Shown here one piece after another: positions 40,264-49,916 of a DNA stretch of 64,000 bases. Under the pieces are notes generated by a model, which did no database searches, had not been told where the DNA came from, and was given only the letters and a program-made list of their open reading frames with translations. Made by a program: the position numbers and the translations under genes. Numbering within the stretch: position 1 is the stretch's first letter; every line of letters starts with the position of its first letter. The DNA comes from Acidobacteriota bacterium (lineage in GTDB: Bacteria; Acidobacteriota; UBA6911), in assembly GCA_012719355.1 (NCBI GenBank), contig JAAYAM010000077.1, positions 25,383 through 89,382 on the forward strand, written 5' to 3'.

Positions 40264-41168
40264 ACATAGTGCCGGGAATATTTCTGTCAGGAGTTCTGCT
40301 GTTGCAGGCCGCGCCGCACGGCGTTGAGATCAGGGAAGACGTCAGTCCCCGCACAGCAACGGTAGGAGATCGTATCCGGATACTCCTGACCGTTTCCGCA
40401 CCGGCCCATTACCGGATCGACATACAGACGCCGGCCGAAGGCGAAGATTTCTCAATCCTCGAAGAGACCAGGACGTCATCAGCAACAGCTCATCGTGCAC
40501 AGATTATCGCTGCCGCCTACAGGACAGGCACATTCCGCTTCCCTCCAATCCCTGTCCGGATAACAGCACCTGAAGGAAAGGAATTCTCGGCCTTCACTCC
40601 CGGAGCTGTGGTCGAAATCAAAAGCGTGATCGCCGGAGAAGACCCGCGGCTGAAAGATCTGAAGAGACAGGAGGAGATTCCCGGCAAGACGCACGCGCGG
40701 CTCTGGCTCTTTGCAACACTGACGTTGTGCATTCTGGGCGCACTTGCCTGGCGAGCGGTCAGGCGCCGGCGCAGGGTTGCCGCGGCTGCATCCGCTGCAG
40801 AGAAGACCCCTGCGCCTGACGGGCTTTCCTCTGCCGAGGCTGAACTGCAACGGCTCCTCTCGAGCGGGTTTACCGCCGGCGCAGCCCGGGGATGTTACAT
40901 ACTCCTCTCGAACATCATCAGGAAGATTGTTGAAAACGGTCTGGGAGTCCCCGCTATGAAGAAAACAACATCAGAGATAGTCGGGAGGATGCGTCTAAGA
41001 CGGGATGTTGCCGATGAGATCACCGACCGGGTCGAATCGCTGCTGTCGCGCTGTGATCTGGTCAAGTTCGCCGGATATACTCCATCCCCGGCTGAGCATG
41101 AAACTGCAGCAAAAGAGGCGGTCGGATTACTTGCCGTCTGCCGTGACAGGCCTGACAGGGGGCTCTGA
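40260..41168 (+). CDS. membrane protein of the Bat operon (DUF4381-like)
   Basis: N-terminal signal/TM and one central TM (LWLFATLTLCILGALAW). Positionally equivalent to the hypothetical gene between DUF58 and batA in Bat operons. Confidence 0.55.
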   Translation: MNIVPGIFLSGVLLLQAAPHGVEIREDVSPRTATVGDRIRILLTVSAPAHYRIDIQTPAEGEDFSILEETRTSSATAHRAQIIAAAYRTGTFRFPPIPVRITAPEGKEFSAFTPGAVVEIKSVIAGEDPRLKDLKRQEEIPGKTHARLWLFATLTLCILGALAWRAVRRRRRVAAAASAAEKTPAPDGLSSAEAELQRLLSSGFTAGAARGCYILLSNIIRKIVENGLGVPAMKKTTSEIVGRMRLRRDVADEITDRVESLLSRCDLVKFAGYTPSPAEHETAAKEAVGLLAVCRDRPDRGL

Positions 41169-42157
41169 TGCATCTGCAGAATCCTGAGTTTCTATTGCTG
41201 CTCCCTCTCATACCGTTGGTGATCTGGAGATACATAAAACTCCAACGCAGCAGACTGAGAGGCCTGCAGTTTTCGTCGGCAATGGCGCTCGAAGGGGTGC
41301 GGCCATCCTGGACGGTTCACGCACGCCACGTCCTGTTTGTGTCCAACACGGTTGCTCTGGCGCTGACGATAACAGCCCTCGCCCGGCCGCAGAAGGGGAC
41401 CGAGATTGAAGAGGTGTTGACGGAAGGGATCGATATCATCATGGCGCTGGACGCGTCCGGCAGCATGGCAGCCGAGGACTTCGAGCCGCACAACCGTTTC
41501 TTCGTGGCGAAGTCAGTCATCAGCACGTTCATCGAAGGGCTGCGTCACGATCGGGCCGGGCTCGTGGTGTTTGCGGGGAAGGCACTCACCCGCTGCCCTC
41601 CGACTCTTGACTACGGAGCTCTCAGGAATGTGCTCGAAGAGACCCGTCTGGGAGAGATCGAAGACGGCACTGCCATCGGCAATGCCTTGGCCTGCTGCCT
41701 CAACCGCCTTCGTGTGAGTACGGCAAAGTCTAAAGTAGTCATTCTGGTAACCGACGGAGTAAACAACCGGGGAGAAATCCAGCCGGCGGATGCAGCCTTG
41801 ATGGCCCAACTGCTCGGCGCGAGAATATACACGGTCGGAATCGGATCCTCGGGAACAGCCCGGTTCCCCATTCAGGATCCCGTGTACGGCAGAACGTATG
41901 TAGACATGCAGGTTGAAATCGATGAGGAATCGCTCCGAAATATCGCTGAAAGCACGGGAGGGATCTACTACCGCGCAACCGACAGGCCTTCCCTGGAGAA
42001 GATTTTCGCGGAAATCGGCCGTCTCGAAACAACCGAGATACGGTCAAGGGTGCACCGACGCTACAGTGAGCGATTCCACTATTTCCTGCTCCCTGCGCTC
42101 GGGCTCGTTCTCCTTGGAACGCTCACGGGCTACTCCCGTTTTTCCAGGATACCGTGA
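41168..42157 (+). CDS. batA: vWA-domain protein BatA
   Basis: Two N-terminal TM helices, then a vWA domain with the MIDAS motif DASGSM...TDGVNN, and a C-terminal TM. Confidence 0.75.
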   Translation: MHLQNPEFLLLLPLIPLVIWRYIKLQRSRLRGLQFSSAMALEGVRPSWTVHARHVLFVSNTVALALTITALARPQKGTEIEEVLTEGIDIIMALDASGSMAAEDFEPHNRFFVAKSVISTFIEGLRHDRAGLVVFAGKALTRCPPTLDYGALRNVLEETRLGEIEDGTAIGNALACCLNRLRVSTAKSKVVILVTDGVNNRGEIQPADAALMAQLLGARIYTVGIGSSGTARFPIQDPVYGRTYVDMQVEIDEESLRNIAESTGGIYYRATDRPSLEKIFAEIGRLETTEIRSRVHRRYSERFHYFLLPALGLVLLGTLTGYSRFSRIP

Positions 42158-43743
42158 TGATATTCGCCAGACCTGATTACCTTCATCTGCTCTGGGCGGT
42201 CCCGTTTCTCGCCCTCTTTTTTTATCGATCGTTCCTGGTACGACGGCGAAGGCTGGAGACAATGGTGGGCACGGCTCTACCGATCACCCTGACGGGCAGA
42301 GCCGTCATCAGGGTTCTGTGCGTCATCGGATTCTTCCTGTTTGGCATACTGGCAGCCGCACGGCCTCAGTGGGGACAGAAGACCGAAACGGTTCACCGCC
42401 GCGGCATCGATCTCATCATTGCGCTCGACACTTCGTACAGCATGGGTGCCGATGATGTCGTCCCGAACCGGCTGGAGAAAGCCAAAACCGCGATCAAAGA
42501 TCTTATCAAAAGATCCGAAGGAGACCGCATCGGACTGATTGCTTTTTCCGGCGGCGCCTTCGTTCAATGTCCGCTGACGCTTGATTACGGCGCGGCCTAC
42601 CTCTTTCTCGAGGCGGCTGCCTCAGGAATGATTCCGGAACCCGGGACCTCGCTTTCGTCGGCCATAAGGACCGCCACCGCGGCATTCGTCGAAAAGGAAA
42701 CAAAGTACAAAGTGCTCGTGCTGTTCACCGATGGAGAGGATTTGAAAGGAGGTGTGGACAACGCAGTCCGGGAGGCCAGGAAGGCTGGGGTCGTCATTTA
42801 CACGGTCGGGATAGGATCGCCTGAGGGAATCCCGCTACCGGTTCGAAGCCTGGACGGCGGCATCCTGGACTACAGGAAAAGGCCGGACGGGAAGGTGGTG
42901 GTGAGCCGTCTCGATGAAAACGGCCTGGCCGAAATCGCGGAGAGTACAGGCGGGCGCTATTTCAGGGCAACGGCCTCAGGAGCCGAAATTGCTGCAATGT
43001 ACGATGACATTTCCCGGCTGGAAAAGAAGGAACTGGAATCGAGCATCTTCCGGAATTACGAGGACCGCTTCCAGTACCCCCTCGCGATCGCAGTCCTTTT
43101 CCTGGTTGCGGGATCCTGGATCAGTGAAAGCCGGAGACCGTGGACAGGAAGACAGATCGGGCTGTTGGCAGTCGCAGCGGTCATGGCATTGCCGGCATCG
43201 GCTTCGTCCCGGTCGGCGGCTGCGAAAAACAACGACGGAAACAGCTATTTCGCCGAGGGGAAATATGTAGATGCCGAGAGAGCGTACATGGAGGCGCGCG
43301 AAAGGGATCCCCGCAGGCCGGAGCTTTTGTATAACCTCGGCAATTCGCTGATCAGGCAGAAGAAGTACGGCCCGGGGATCCGGGCGCTTCAACAGGCGAT
43401 CGAAACGGGAGACGATGCCCTCAAGCAAAAGAGCTGGTTCAATGCCGGCTGCGCGCTCTTCCTGATGGGCGATTACGAGGCCTCGGCGGATGCATTCATC
43501 GAGGCGCTCAAGCTGGATCCCTCGGACCTGGACGCCAAGCATAATCTGGAAATGGCATTGCAGGCGAAACAGCCGGCAAGCCACAAACAGGAATCCGCAG
43601 ACAGTCGCCCCCCGCAACAGACTCGATTTACCAGAGAACAGGCGGCGCAATTGCTGGATGCCATTCAGGAACAGGAAACAGAGGAACAACGCAGGTTGAT
43701 ACAACGCCGGGTGAGACCGGCATCAAACGAGAGGGACTGGTGA
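42154..43743 (+). CDS. batB: vWA-domain plus TPR protein (BatB-BatC fusion)
   Basis: TM + vWA MIDAS (DTSYSM...TDGED), then C-terminal TPR repeats (YNLGNSLIRQKKY, WFNAGCALFLMGDYEAS). Confidence 0.75.
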   Translation: MMIFARPDYLHLLWAVPFLALFFYRSFLVRRRRLETMVGTALPITLTGRAVIRVLCVIGFFLFGILAAARPQWGQKTETVHRRGIDLIIALDTSYSMGADDVVPNRLEKAKTAIKDLIKRSEGDRIGLIAFSGGAFVQCPLTLDYGAAYLFLEAAASGMIPEPGTSLSSAIRTATAAFVEKETKYKVLVLFTDGEDLKGGVDNAVREARKAGVVIYTVGIGSPEGIPLPVRSLDGGILDYRKRPDGKVVVSRLDENGLAEIAESTGGRYFRATASGAEIAAMYDDISRLEKKELESSIFRNYEDRFQYPLAIAVLFLVAGSWISESRRPWTGRQIGLLAVAAVMALPASASSRSAAAKNNDGNSYFAEGKYVDAERAYMEARERDPRRPELLYNLGNSLIRQKKYGPGIRALQQAIETGDDALKQKSWFNAGCALFLMGDYEASADAFIEALKLDPSDLDAKHNLEMALQAKQPASHKQESADSRPPQQTRFTREQAAQLLDAIQEQETEEQRRLIQRRVRPASNERDW

Positions 43744-46280
43744 GACCCCTGGCTGCCGATTGGAACGGAGTGAAACGGGTGATTTTACTTGTTCTCTTTC
43801 TGCTCCCTGGAATTCGGGCGTTTGCTGAACACATCAGAGTCACCGCGTCAATAGACAGCGAAGTCATCGGGATTGAAGACCAGCTGCGCCTAACCATAAC
43901 AGTTTCCGGCAGAGAAAGCGGCAATGTAAATGCTCCCAGGATCGGCGATGTAAGGGGTTTCAGAGTCGTCGCCGGTCCCGATGTCAGCTCCCGGCTCCAG
44001 TGGGCCGACGGAGAAGCGAGGAACTGGAAGGCGTTCAGCTATGTTCTTCTTCCCGAAAAGGAAGGACAGTTCACAATCGCGCCTATCGAAGTCGCAATAG
44101 AAAACAGGATTTTCAGAACCGAGCCACTGCAGGTTCGCGTTACTTCGGCTCCGCAAAAAAGATCTCCGGTTCAACGAAAGATGCCTCGTCCGGTCCCGGA
44201 TCCGGAGAACGTATTTGTCAGAGCTGAGCTCGACAGAGATACGGCTTATCAGGGGCAGCAGGTAACCCTTTCATACCTGGTCTACACCACCGTCTCGATT
44301 TCGGGCATCGATCTTCACGAGAGCCCGCCGCTCAACGGATTCTGGGTGGAAGATCTCGAAATCGACGGAAATCCCAAAGGGATTGCCCGGATCGTCGACG
44401 GCCGCGAATATCGCATGTTTACCGTCAAGAAACAGGCGCTGTTTCCGACCTCGTCAGGCAGAGTCAGCATACCTTCGAGCACGTTCGCGCTTTCAGCAAA
44501 CTCGGCCGGCGGCTTCTTTGACTTTTTCGGAAGGACCGAGACCGTCTACCGCAGAACTCCGGAATTGATCCTGGATGTAAAGCCGATCCCGGACAAAGGG
44601 CGTCCGGCAGGCTTTTCACATGCGGTCGGATCCTTCGGCCTGCGCGCCCAGATCGATAAGAACGAGGTTACTGCCGGCGATGCTGTCTCGCTCCAGGTAG
44701 CGCTGGAAGGAAAAGGAAATTTGAAAATGATTCCGGAGATCGGCCTTCCCTCCTTTAGCGGTTTCACCGTCTACTCACCCAGGCGCTCGGATGACATACG
44801 CGCTTCTGGCGACGGGCGGATCGGAGGCAGCAGGATATGGGAGTATGTTCTTGTGCCGGTAGAGCCGGGGGAGCAGACCATCCCTTCGGTTTCCTTCTCT
44901 TACTTTGATCCCGAGCGGGAGGAGTTTGAAACCGTATCGACAACCGCACTGGAACTGAAGGTGACGCCAGGTGTCGCCGAGCCGGCGCCGGATCTGAGGA
45001 GTGCGAAGAGTGCGGACATTCATCGGTTGAAAGAGTTCTTGGGTGATCCGGGCGGAGACCGCACGCCTCTATACAGGAATTACTGGTTCTACGTGATCGC
45101 GGCGATCCCGCTTGCCTTCAATTGCGGAGCATTGCTGTACCTTAAGCGTTTTTCGGGCGGAAAGGCACGTTCTGCCAGAGAGACCGCCGTCGAGCAGCTG
45201 AAGCTTGCCGAGAAAGAGGGATTGTCGATGCCCCGTCTTTTCTATGACCGGGCTTCGGCAGCCCTGTCAGGATATCTCTCGAAGACATTCAATCTCTCCG
45301 AAATCGAACTGACAACGGATGGAGTCAAAGCCGCTCTCTCGCGTAACCGCGTTGAAGAGGCTGTCGTGCAGGAGACTATGACCTGTCTGCAGGAGTGCGA
45401 CTACGGACGCTTCGTCGCGGCCTCGGGGTCCCCGGAAAAGATGCGGGAACTGGCGGGTCGCATTCATAAGATCATCGATGCCCTCGACAAGAAAGGAAAG
45501 ACCGGGGTGTCCGCGCGCGCGGCATCGGCCGTTTTACTGCTCTTGCTGGCGCCCGGACTGTGCCTGCCGTCGCAAATGGAGCTGTCTCCTGAAAAGCTTT
45601 TCGGGAAAGGAAACTCCGAATACCGGAAGGGGAACTACAAGGAAGCGGCGGAATGCTATCGGCGGCTGCTGGAATCGGGTTTTGAAAGCGGTGCCGTCTA
45701 CTACAACCTGGGAAATACCTGCTTTCGAGAGGAACGACTCGGGGAAGCGATCTACTACTGGGAGAAGTCACTGCAGAAATCACCGGGAGATCGGGAGGCT
45801 CTCGCCAACCTGGCATTGGCCGATTCCTTTCTCGAGGGCGGATCTCAATTTGCGCAAGATGCCGCGGTGCCGCGCGTGTCAGCCGCCGTCCAGGAGTTCC
45901 TGTCAATTGAGCGGCAGAGCCTGGCAGTGCTGTTTCTGTTCGTGCTAACGAATCTATTCTTTTCGATTCACCTGCCGGCCAAAGACCCGCGGCGCTCCGT
46001 CCGGAGACTGCGGGCGGCAGCCGTCGCTGCAATCCTGTTCATTGTCTGTACGGCATCGCTCAGTTGGAGAATCTACGAACGGGACTTCTATACAAGAGGG
46101 GTAGTGCTGGAATCGGGCGTTGAGGTGCGCAGCACCCCCGGTCAGGACAGCCCGACAGTGTTGACAATTCGTGAGGGGACACGGGCCAGGGTTGATCAAT
46201 CAGAGGGCGAATGGTACAGGATAAGACTTGTCAACGGCTTGAGTGGCTGGATACACAGGGACAAGTTGAGAATCCTTTAG
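43740..46280 (+). CDS. batD: BatD-like oxygen-tolerance protein fused to a TPR + SH3b module (BatD-BatE fusion)
   Basis: N-terminal BatD-like beta-rich domain. Central TM segments and TPR repeats (YYNLGNTCFREERLGEAIYYWEKSL). C-terminal SH3b (GEWYRIRLVNGLSGWIHRDKLRIL). GTG start overlaps the batB stop. Confidence 0.65.
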   Translation: MRPLAADWNGVKRVILLVLFLLPGIRAFAEHIRVTASIDSEVIGIEDQLRLTITVSGRESGNVNAPRIGDVRGFRVVAGPDVSSRLQWADGEARNWKAFSYVLLPEKEGQFTIAPIEVAIENRIFRTEPLQVRVTSAPQKRSPVQRKMPRPVPDPENVFVRAELDRDTAYQGQQVTLSYLVYTTVSISGIDLHESPPLNGFWVEDLEIDGNPKGIARIVDGREYRMFTVKKQALFPTSSGRVSIPSSTFALSANSAGGFFDFFGRTETVYRRTPELILDVKPIPDKGRPAGFSHAVGSFGLRAQIDKNEVTAGDAVSLQVALEGKGNLKMIPEIGLPSFSGFTVYSPRRSDDIRASGDGRIGGSRIWEYVLVPVEPGEQTIPSVSFSYFDPEREEFETVSTTALELKVTPGVAEPAPDLRSAKSADIHRLKEFLGDPGGDRTPLYRNYWFYVIAAIPLAFNCGALLYLKRFSGGKARSARETAVEQLKLAEKEGLSMPRLFYDRASAALSGYLSKTFNLSEIELTTDGVKAALSRNRVEEAVVQETMTCLQECDYGRFVAASGSPEKMRELAGRIHKIIDALDKKGKTGVSARAASAVLLLLLAPGLCLPSQMELSPEKLFGKGNSEYRKGNYKEAAECYRRLLESGFESGAVYYNLGNTCFREERLGEAIYYWEKSLQKSPGDREALANLALADSFLEGGSQFAQDAAVPRVSAAVQEFLSIERQSLAVLFLFVLTNLFFSIHLPAKDPRRSVRRLRAAAVAAILFIVCTASLSWRIYERDFYTRGVVLESGVEVRSTPGQDSPTVLTIREGTRARVDQSEGEWYRIRLVNGLSGWIHRDKLRIL

Positions 46281-46495
46281 CAGTTCACAAGCGGTGGCGG
46301 GTTATACTCACACCGGATTACGTGGTTTTGCGGATTGAGCCGTGACGGCGCGGGAACTTTAATGGGAGTCAGTGGTGGGGGAATTTCCAAGGCTTGGTAA
46401 TTGCCTAGGGGCCGGGTCTGCTGAAATCCCCCACTGGCCGCTAACAATCGATCCGCCGGACAGTTCACCCACAGGAAAGAAAAGGAAAACAATCA

Positions 46496-46894
46496 ATGGA
46501 AATCACAGTCGCGTTCCCCGGAGGATCACGTGTAGACGCTCATTTCGGATCTTTCACGGTAAAGACCGATCAGCCTCAACCGGGCGGTGGAGATGGATCC
46601 GCGCCCACTCCTTTTCAGCTGTTCCTGGCCTCGCTGGCGACGTGCGCGGGGGTCTATGTCCAGAGTTTTTGCAGGATGCGCAGTATCCCTTCAGAAGGAA
46701 TACGGCTGATCCAGACTGTTGAACGCGACAGCAAGAGTGGGATGGCGAACAAAATCAATCTGGACATAAGGCTCCCTAAGGGATTTCCCGAACAGTACAG
46801 GTCGGCCGTGATCAAGGCGGCCGAGCAATGCCTGGTAAAGAAGCATCTGGAGAATCCGCCTTCATTCAGCATTACGGGTTCAACTGCAGGTTAG
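46496..46894 (+). CDS. OsmC/Ohr-family peroxiredoxin-like protein
   Basis: 132 aa; conserved Cys pair context (LASLATCAGV ... AAEQCLV). Confidence 0.75.
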   Translation: MEITVAFPGGSRVDAHFGSFTVKTDQPQPGGGDGSAPTPFQLFLASLATCAGVYVQSFCRMRSIPSEGIRLIQTVERDSKSGMANKINLDIRLPKGFPEQYRSAVIKAAEQCLVKKHLENPPSFSITGSTAG

Positions 46895-46968
46895 TGTCCC
46901 CGGCCGGATGGAAATACTTGCGGGCTTCTGGTTGACGATTCTGTGTTACCATCCTCCTCCTGGAAAGG

Positions 46969-47991
46969 GTGGCTATGGGCATTCCAATATCGCAGATGCT
47001 GGCGGTGGCCGGCTACGTGCTGAAACAGAAGGCGGCCGGGAACAAAAAATTTCCGCTCGTACTCATGCTGGAACCGCTGTTCCGCTGCAATCTGTCGTGT
47101 GCCGGATGCGGCAAGATAAGATATCCGGCCGAGGTCCTGAGACAGCAACTCACTCCGGAACAATGCTTCCATGCCGCCGAGGAATGCGGCGCCCCGATGG
47201 TCAGCATCCCGGGAGGAGAACCGCTGCTGCATCCGCGGATCTCAGAAATCGTCGAGGGACTGATTGCGCGCGGCCGTTACGTCTACCTCTGTACGAATGC
47301 CCTTATACTGAAGAAGAAACTCGAACTGTTCACGCCAAGCAGGTTCTTCACTATCAACGTGCATCTCGACGGTGGGAGAAAGCAACACGACCGGTCCGTT
47401 GGACGCGAAGGAGCCTACGATATCGCCGTTGAAGCGATTCAGGAGTCGGTGAGGCGAGGCTTTCGCGTAACCACCAACACCACCGTCTTCAGCGATTCCG
47501 ATCCCGCAAGCGTGCGACAGTTCTTCGATGAAGTGATGGAGCTCGGGGTGGAAGGGATGACCATCTCTCCCGGATACCAATACGAGAAGGCGCCCGACCA
47601 GGAGCATTTCCTCAGCATCGCAGAGACCCGCCGGCTGTTCAAAGCCGTCTTGAGCGGCCGGAAGAAGAGCTGGAAATTCAACCAGAGCCCGCTCTTTCTC
47701 GAATTTCTCGCAGGATCGAGAGAATACGACTGCACACCCTGGGGCATGCCCGGCTACAGCATCTTCGGCTGGCAGAAGCCCTGTTATCTGCTGCAGGACG
47801 GGTATTGCGAAACCTTTGCCGAGCTGCTTGAGCAGACCGAATGGGAGAGCTACGGAAGGAGGTCAGGCAATCCGCGCTGCGCCGGCTGTATGGTGCACAG
47901 CGGGTTTGAGGCCAGCGCCGTAAACGACACTTTCGGGTCGCTGAAAGGATTGCGGGACACCATCCGGGCTATTCGAACTGATGCAGAATGA
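46969..47991 (+). CDS. hpnH: hopanoid biosynthesis radical SAM protein HpnH (adenosylhopane synthase)
   Basis: [32 protein letters not shown]...[17 protein letters not shown] closely matches the HpnH N-terminus, including the CxxxCxxC radical-SAM cluster. Confidence 0.8.
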   Translation: [340 protein letters not shown]

Positions 47992-49831
47992 TGTGCGACG
48001 GTGCGCTTCGCGAGCGGTATACACGCTGCGTGGCCTTCTTGAAATCGCCGGCCTTCGCCTGGTAGATATCGACAAACTGTTGCGGATTGCGATCGACAAG
48101 AGGAAACCAGCTGCTCTGCACCTGGATCATGATCCTGTGCCCTTTCCGAAAAGTATGAAAAATGTCGGGCATCCGAAACTCGATTTTCGTGATCTGGTTG
48201 GGAACAAAGGGTTCAGGATTTGAAAAACTGTTGCGGAATCTTCCCCGGAAAGGTTCTCCACGGACCAGCTGCTGAAAGCTGCCCATCCGGACGCCGTCCG
48301 GATTGCGAGGATCGTCCTGCACGCTGTCCGGGTATACATCTATCAGTTTCACGATGAAATCCGAATCAGTCCCGGTGGTCGACACGTGCAGCACCGGAAT
48401 AACGGGACCTGCGATGGTGACATCCCGCTCGAGGACGGACGACTCGTAGGTGAGAACATCAGAACGGCGGGAAGCGAAACGCTGATCCTCGACCATATAC
48501 GTACGCGCCATTCCGGTGGTTACCTCCCTGGTGTACGGCACCGGCCGCGCCGGATCGCTGATGTATTCATCGAAAAGATCACCGGAATCCGCGGAATCGG
48601 GTCCCCAGTCGAGGCTCGCTCCCGCACGGAAATAGAGCTTTCTCTCCCGCGTCCCTGCAGGCGGCCACTGGCGTTCACGGCGCCACTCATTCGATCCCGT
48701 CAGGAAGACTGTCGCTTCCGGCAGGTTCAGCTCGCCAGTTCCTTTCAGAAACCAGTTGAAAAACGGCGCCTCTATTTCGTTCCGATAGCAAACGGCAGTG
48801 TTGGATCCGAAATGGATGTTCCCGAGGTGATTGCCGTTTGTATGTGCCCAGCCGCCGTGATACCACGGTCCCATCACGAGAATGTTGTAGGCGCCCGGAT
48901 TCTGCCTTTCCACTGCCTGATACACCGCAAGGCTTCCGAACAGATTCTCGGCGTCGAACCATCCCCCCACCGTCATCACGGCAGGAGTAATACCCTTCAG
49001 GTGCGGCCGTATATTCCTCGACTGCCAGAACTCATCGTAGCTTCCGTGCCGCATCACTTCGTTCCAGAAAGGAACTTGATTCCTGAAGATTTTCTCGTTG
49101 ATGTTCCGAAGCGGTCCCAGTCCGAGGAAATAGCTGTATCCGTCGGGAGTAGGAAAATTGAAGCTTCTGTCCAGTCTGGTAGTGGGTTTCGCCCGCGGAT
49201 AGCCGAATGACGAAAGGAAGCCGAATGCGTGTGCAAGGAAGAAGGCGCCATTGTGGTGGAAATCGTCGCCGATGAACCAGTCCGCGATCGGGGCCTGGGG
49301 AGATACGGCCTTCAGCGCGGGATGCGCCGCAATCATCCCGGACGCGGCATAGAAACCGGGAAAAGAGATTCCCCACATCCCCACTTTGCCGTTGTGATCC
49401 GGAATATTCCTGAGCAGCCATTCTATCGTGTCGTAGGTATCGGTCGACTCATCCACATCATTCTGCAGCTTCCTGTCCTTTACCGGAGTCATGTAGATGA
49501 AGTCCCCTTCGGACATCATCCTGCCCCTGACATCCTGGTAAACGAATATGAATCCGGAATCGGCCAGTTCCTGCGAAGGACCGAGATAGTAGGGATAATT
49601 TTTTTCTCCGTAAGGAGGTATGCCGTAGGGAGTACGGTTCAGCATGATCGGATAGCGCTGTCCCGTATCGCGCGGGCGGTAGACGGCGGTGAACAGCTTC
49701 TTGCCATCGCGCATAGGAATGCGGAATTCACTCTTTATATATCTCGCCTCGATGCCATGCTGCGGCCAGAGCCACTGCAACACAATCAGGGAGAGCGCAA
49801 GCGATGCAAGAAGCCGTATCCTTTCTTTCAT
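47969..49831 (-). CDS. CocE/NonD-family hydrolase (S15 X-Pro dipeptidyl-peptidase-like), secreted
   Basis: Signal peptide; alpha/beta-hydrolase core with GISFPG nucleophile elbow (GxSxxG variant) and a C-terminal jelly-roll domain. 3' end overlaps the hpnH 3' end by 23 nt. Confidence 0.75.
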   Translation of the reverse strand: MKERIRLLASLALSLIVLQWLWPQHGIEARYIKSEFRIPMRDGKKLFTAVYRPRDTGQRYPIMLNRTPYGIPPYGEKNYPYYLGPSQELADSGFIFVYQDVRGRMMSEGDFIYMTPVKDRKLQNDVDESTDTYDTIEWLLRNIPDHNGKVGMWGISFPGFYAASGMIAAHPALKAVSPQAPIADWFIGDDFHHNGAFFLAHAFGFLSSFGYPRAKPTTRLDRSFNFPTPDGYSYFLGLGPLRNINEKIFRNQVPFWNEVMRHGSYDEFWQSRNIRPHLKGITPAVMTVGGWFDAENLFGSLAVYQAVERQNPGAYNILVMGPWYHGGWAHTNGNHLGNIHFGSNTAVCYRNEIEAPFFNWFLKGTGELNLPEATVFLTGSNEWRRERQWPPAGTRERKLYFRAGASLDWGPDSADSGDLFDEYISDPARPVPYTREVTTGMARTYMVEDQRFASRRSDVLTYESSVLERDVTIAGPVIPVLHVSTTGTDSDFIVKLIDVYPDSVQDDPRNPDGVRMGSFQQLVRGEPFRGRFRNSFSNPEPFVPNQITKIEFRMPDIFHTFRKGHRIMIQVQSSWFPLVDRNPQQFVDIYQAKAGDFKKATQRVYRSRSAPSHIILHQFE

Positions 49832-49916
49832 AGCAGAAGGCTAACCTTTCAAACGGCCTACAGCAAGAGATTATCGGGTGTGAATCAGTTCCGATCCATG
49901 GTAAATCTTTGTTACC

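Noticed and set aside
46372-46722. 116 aa ORF overlapping the osmC start in another frame
   Set aside because: It overlaps a well-supported OsmC-family gene that has its own RBS, and it has no homology features. The upstream part coincides with the structured leader noted above.
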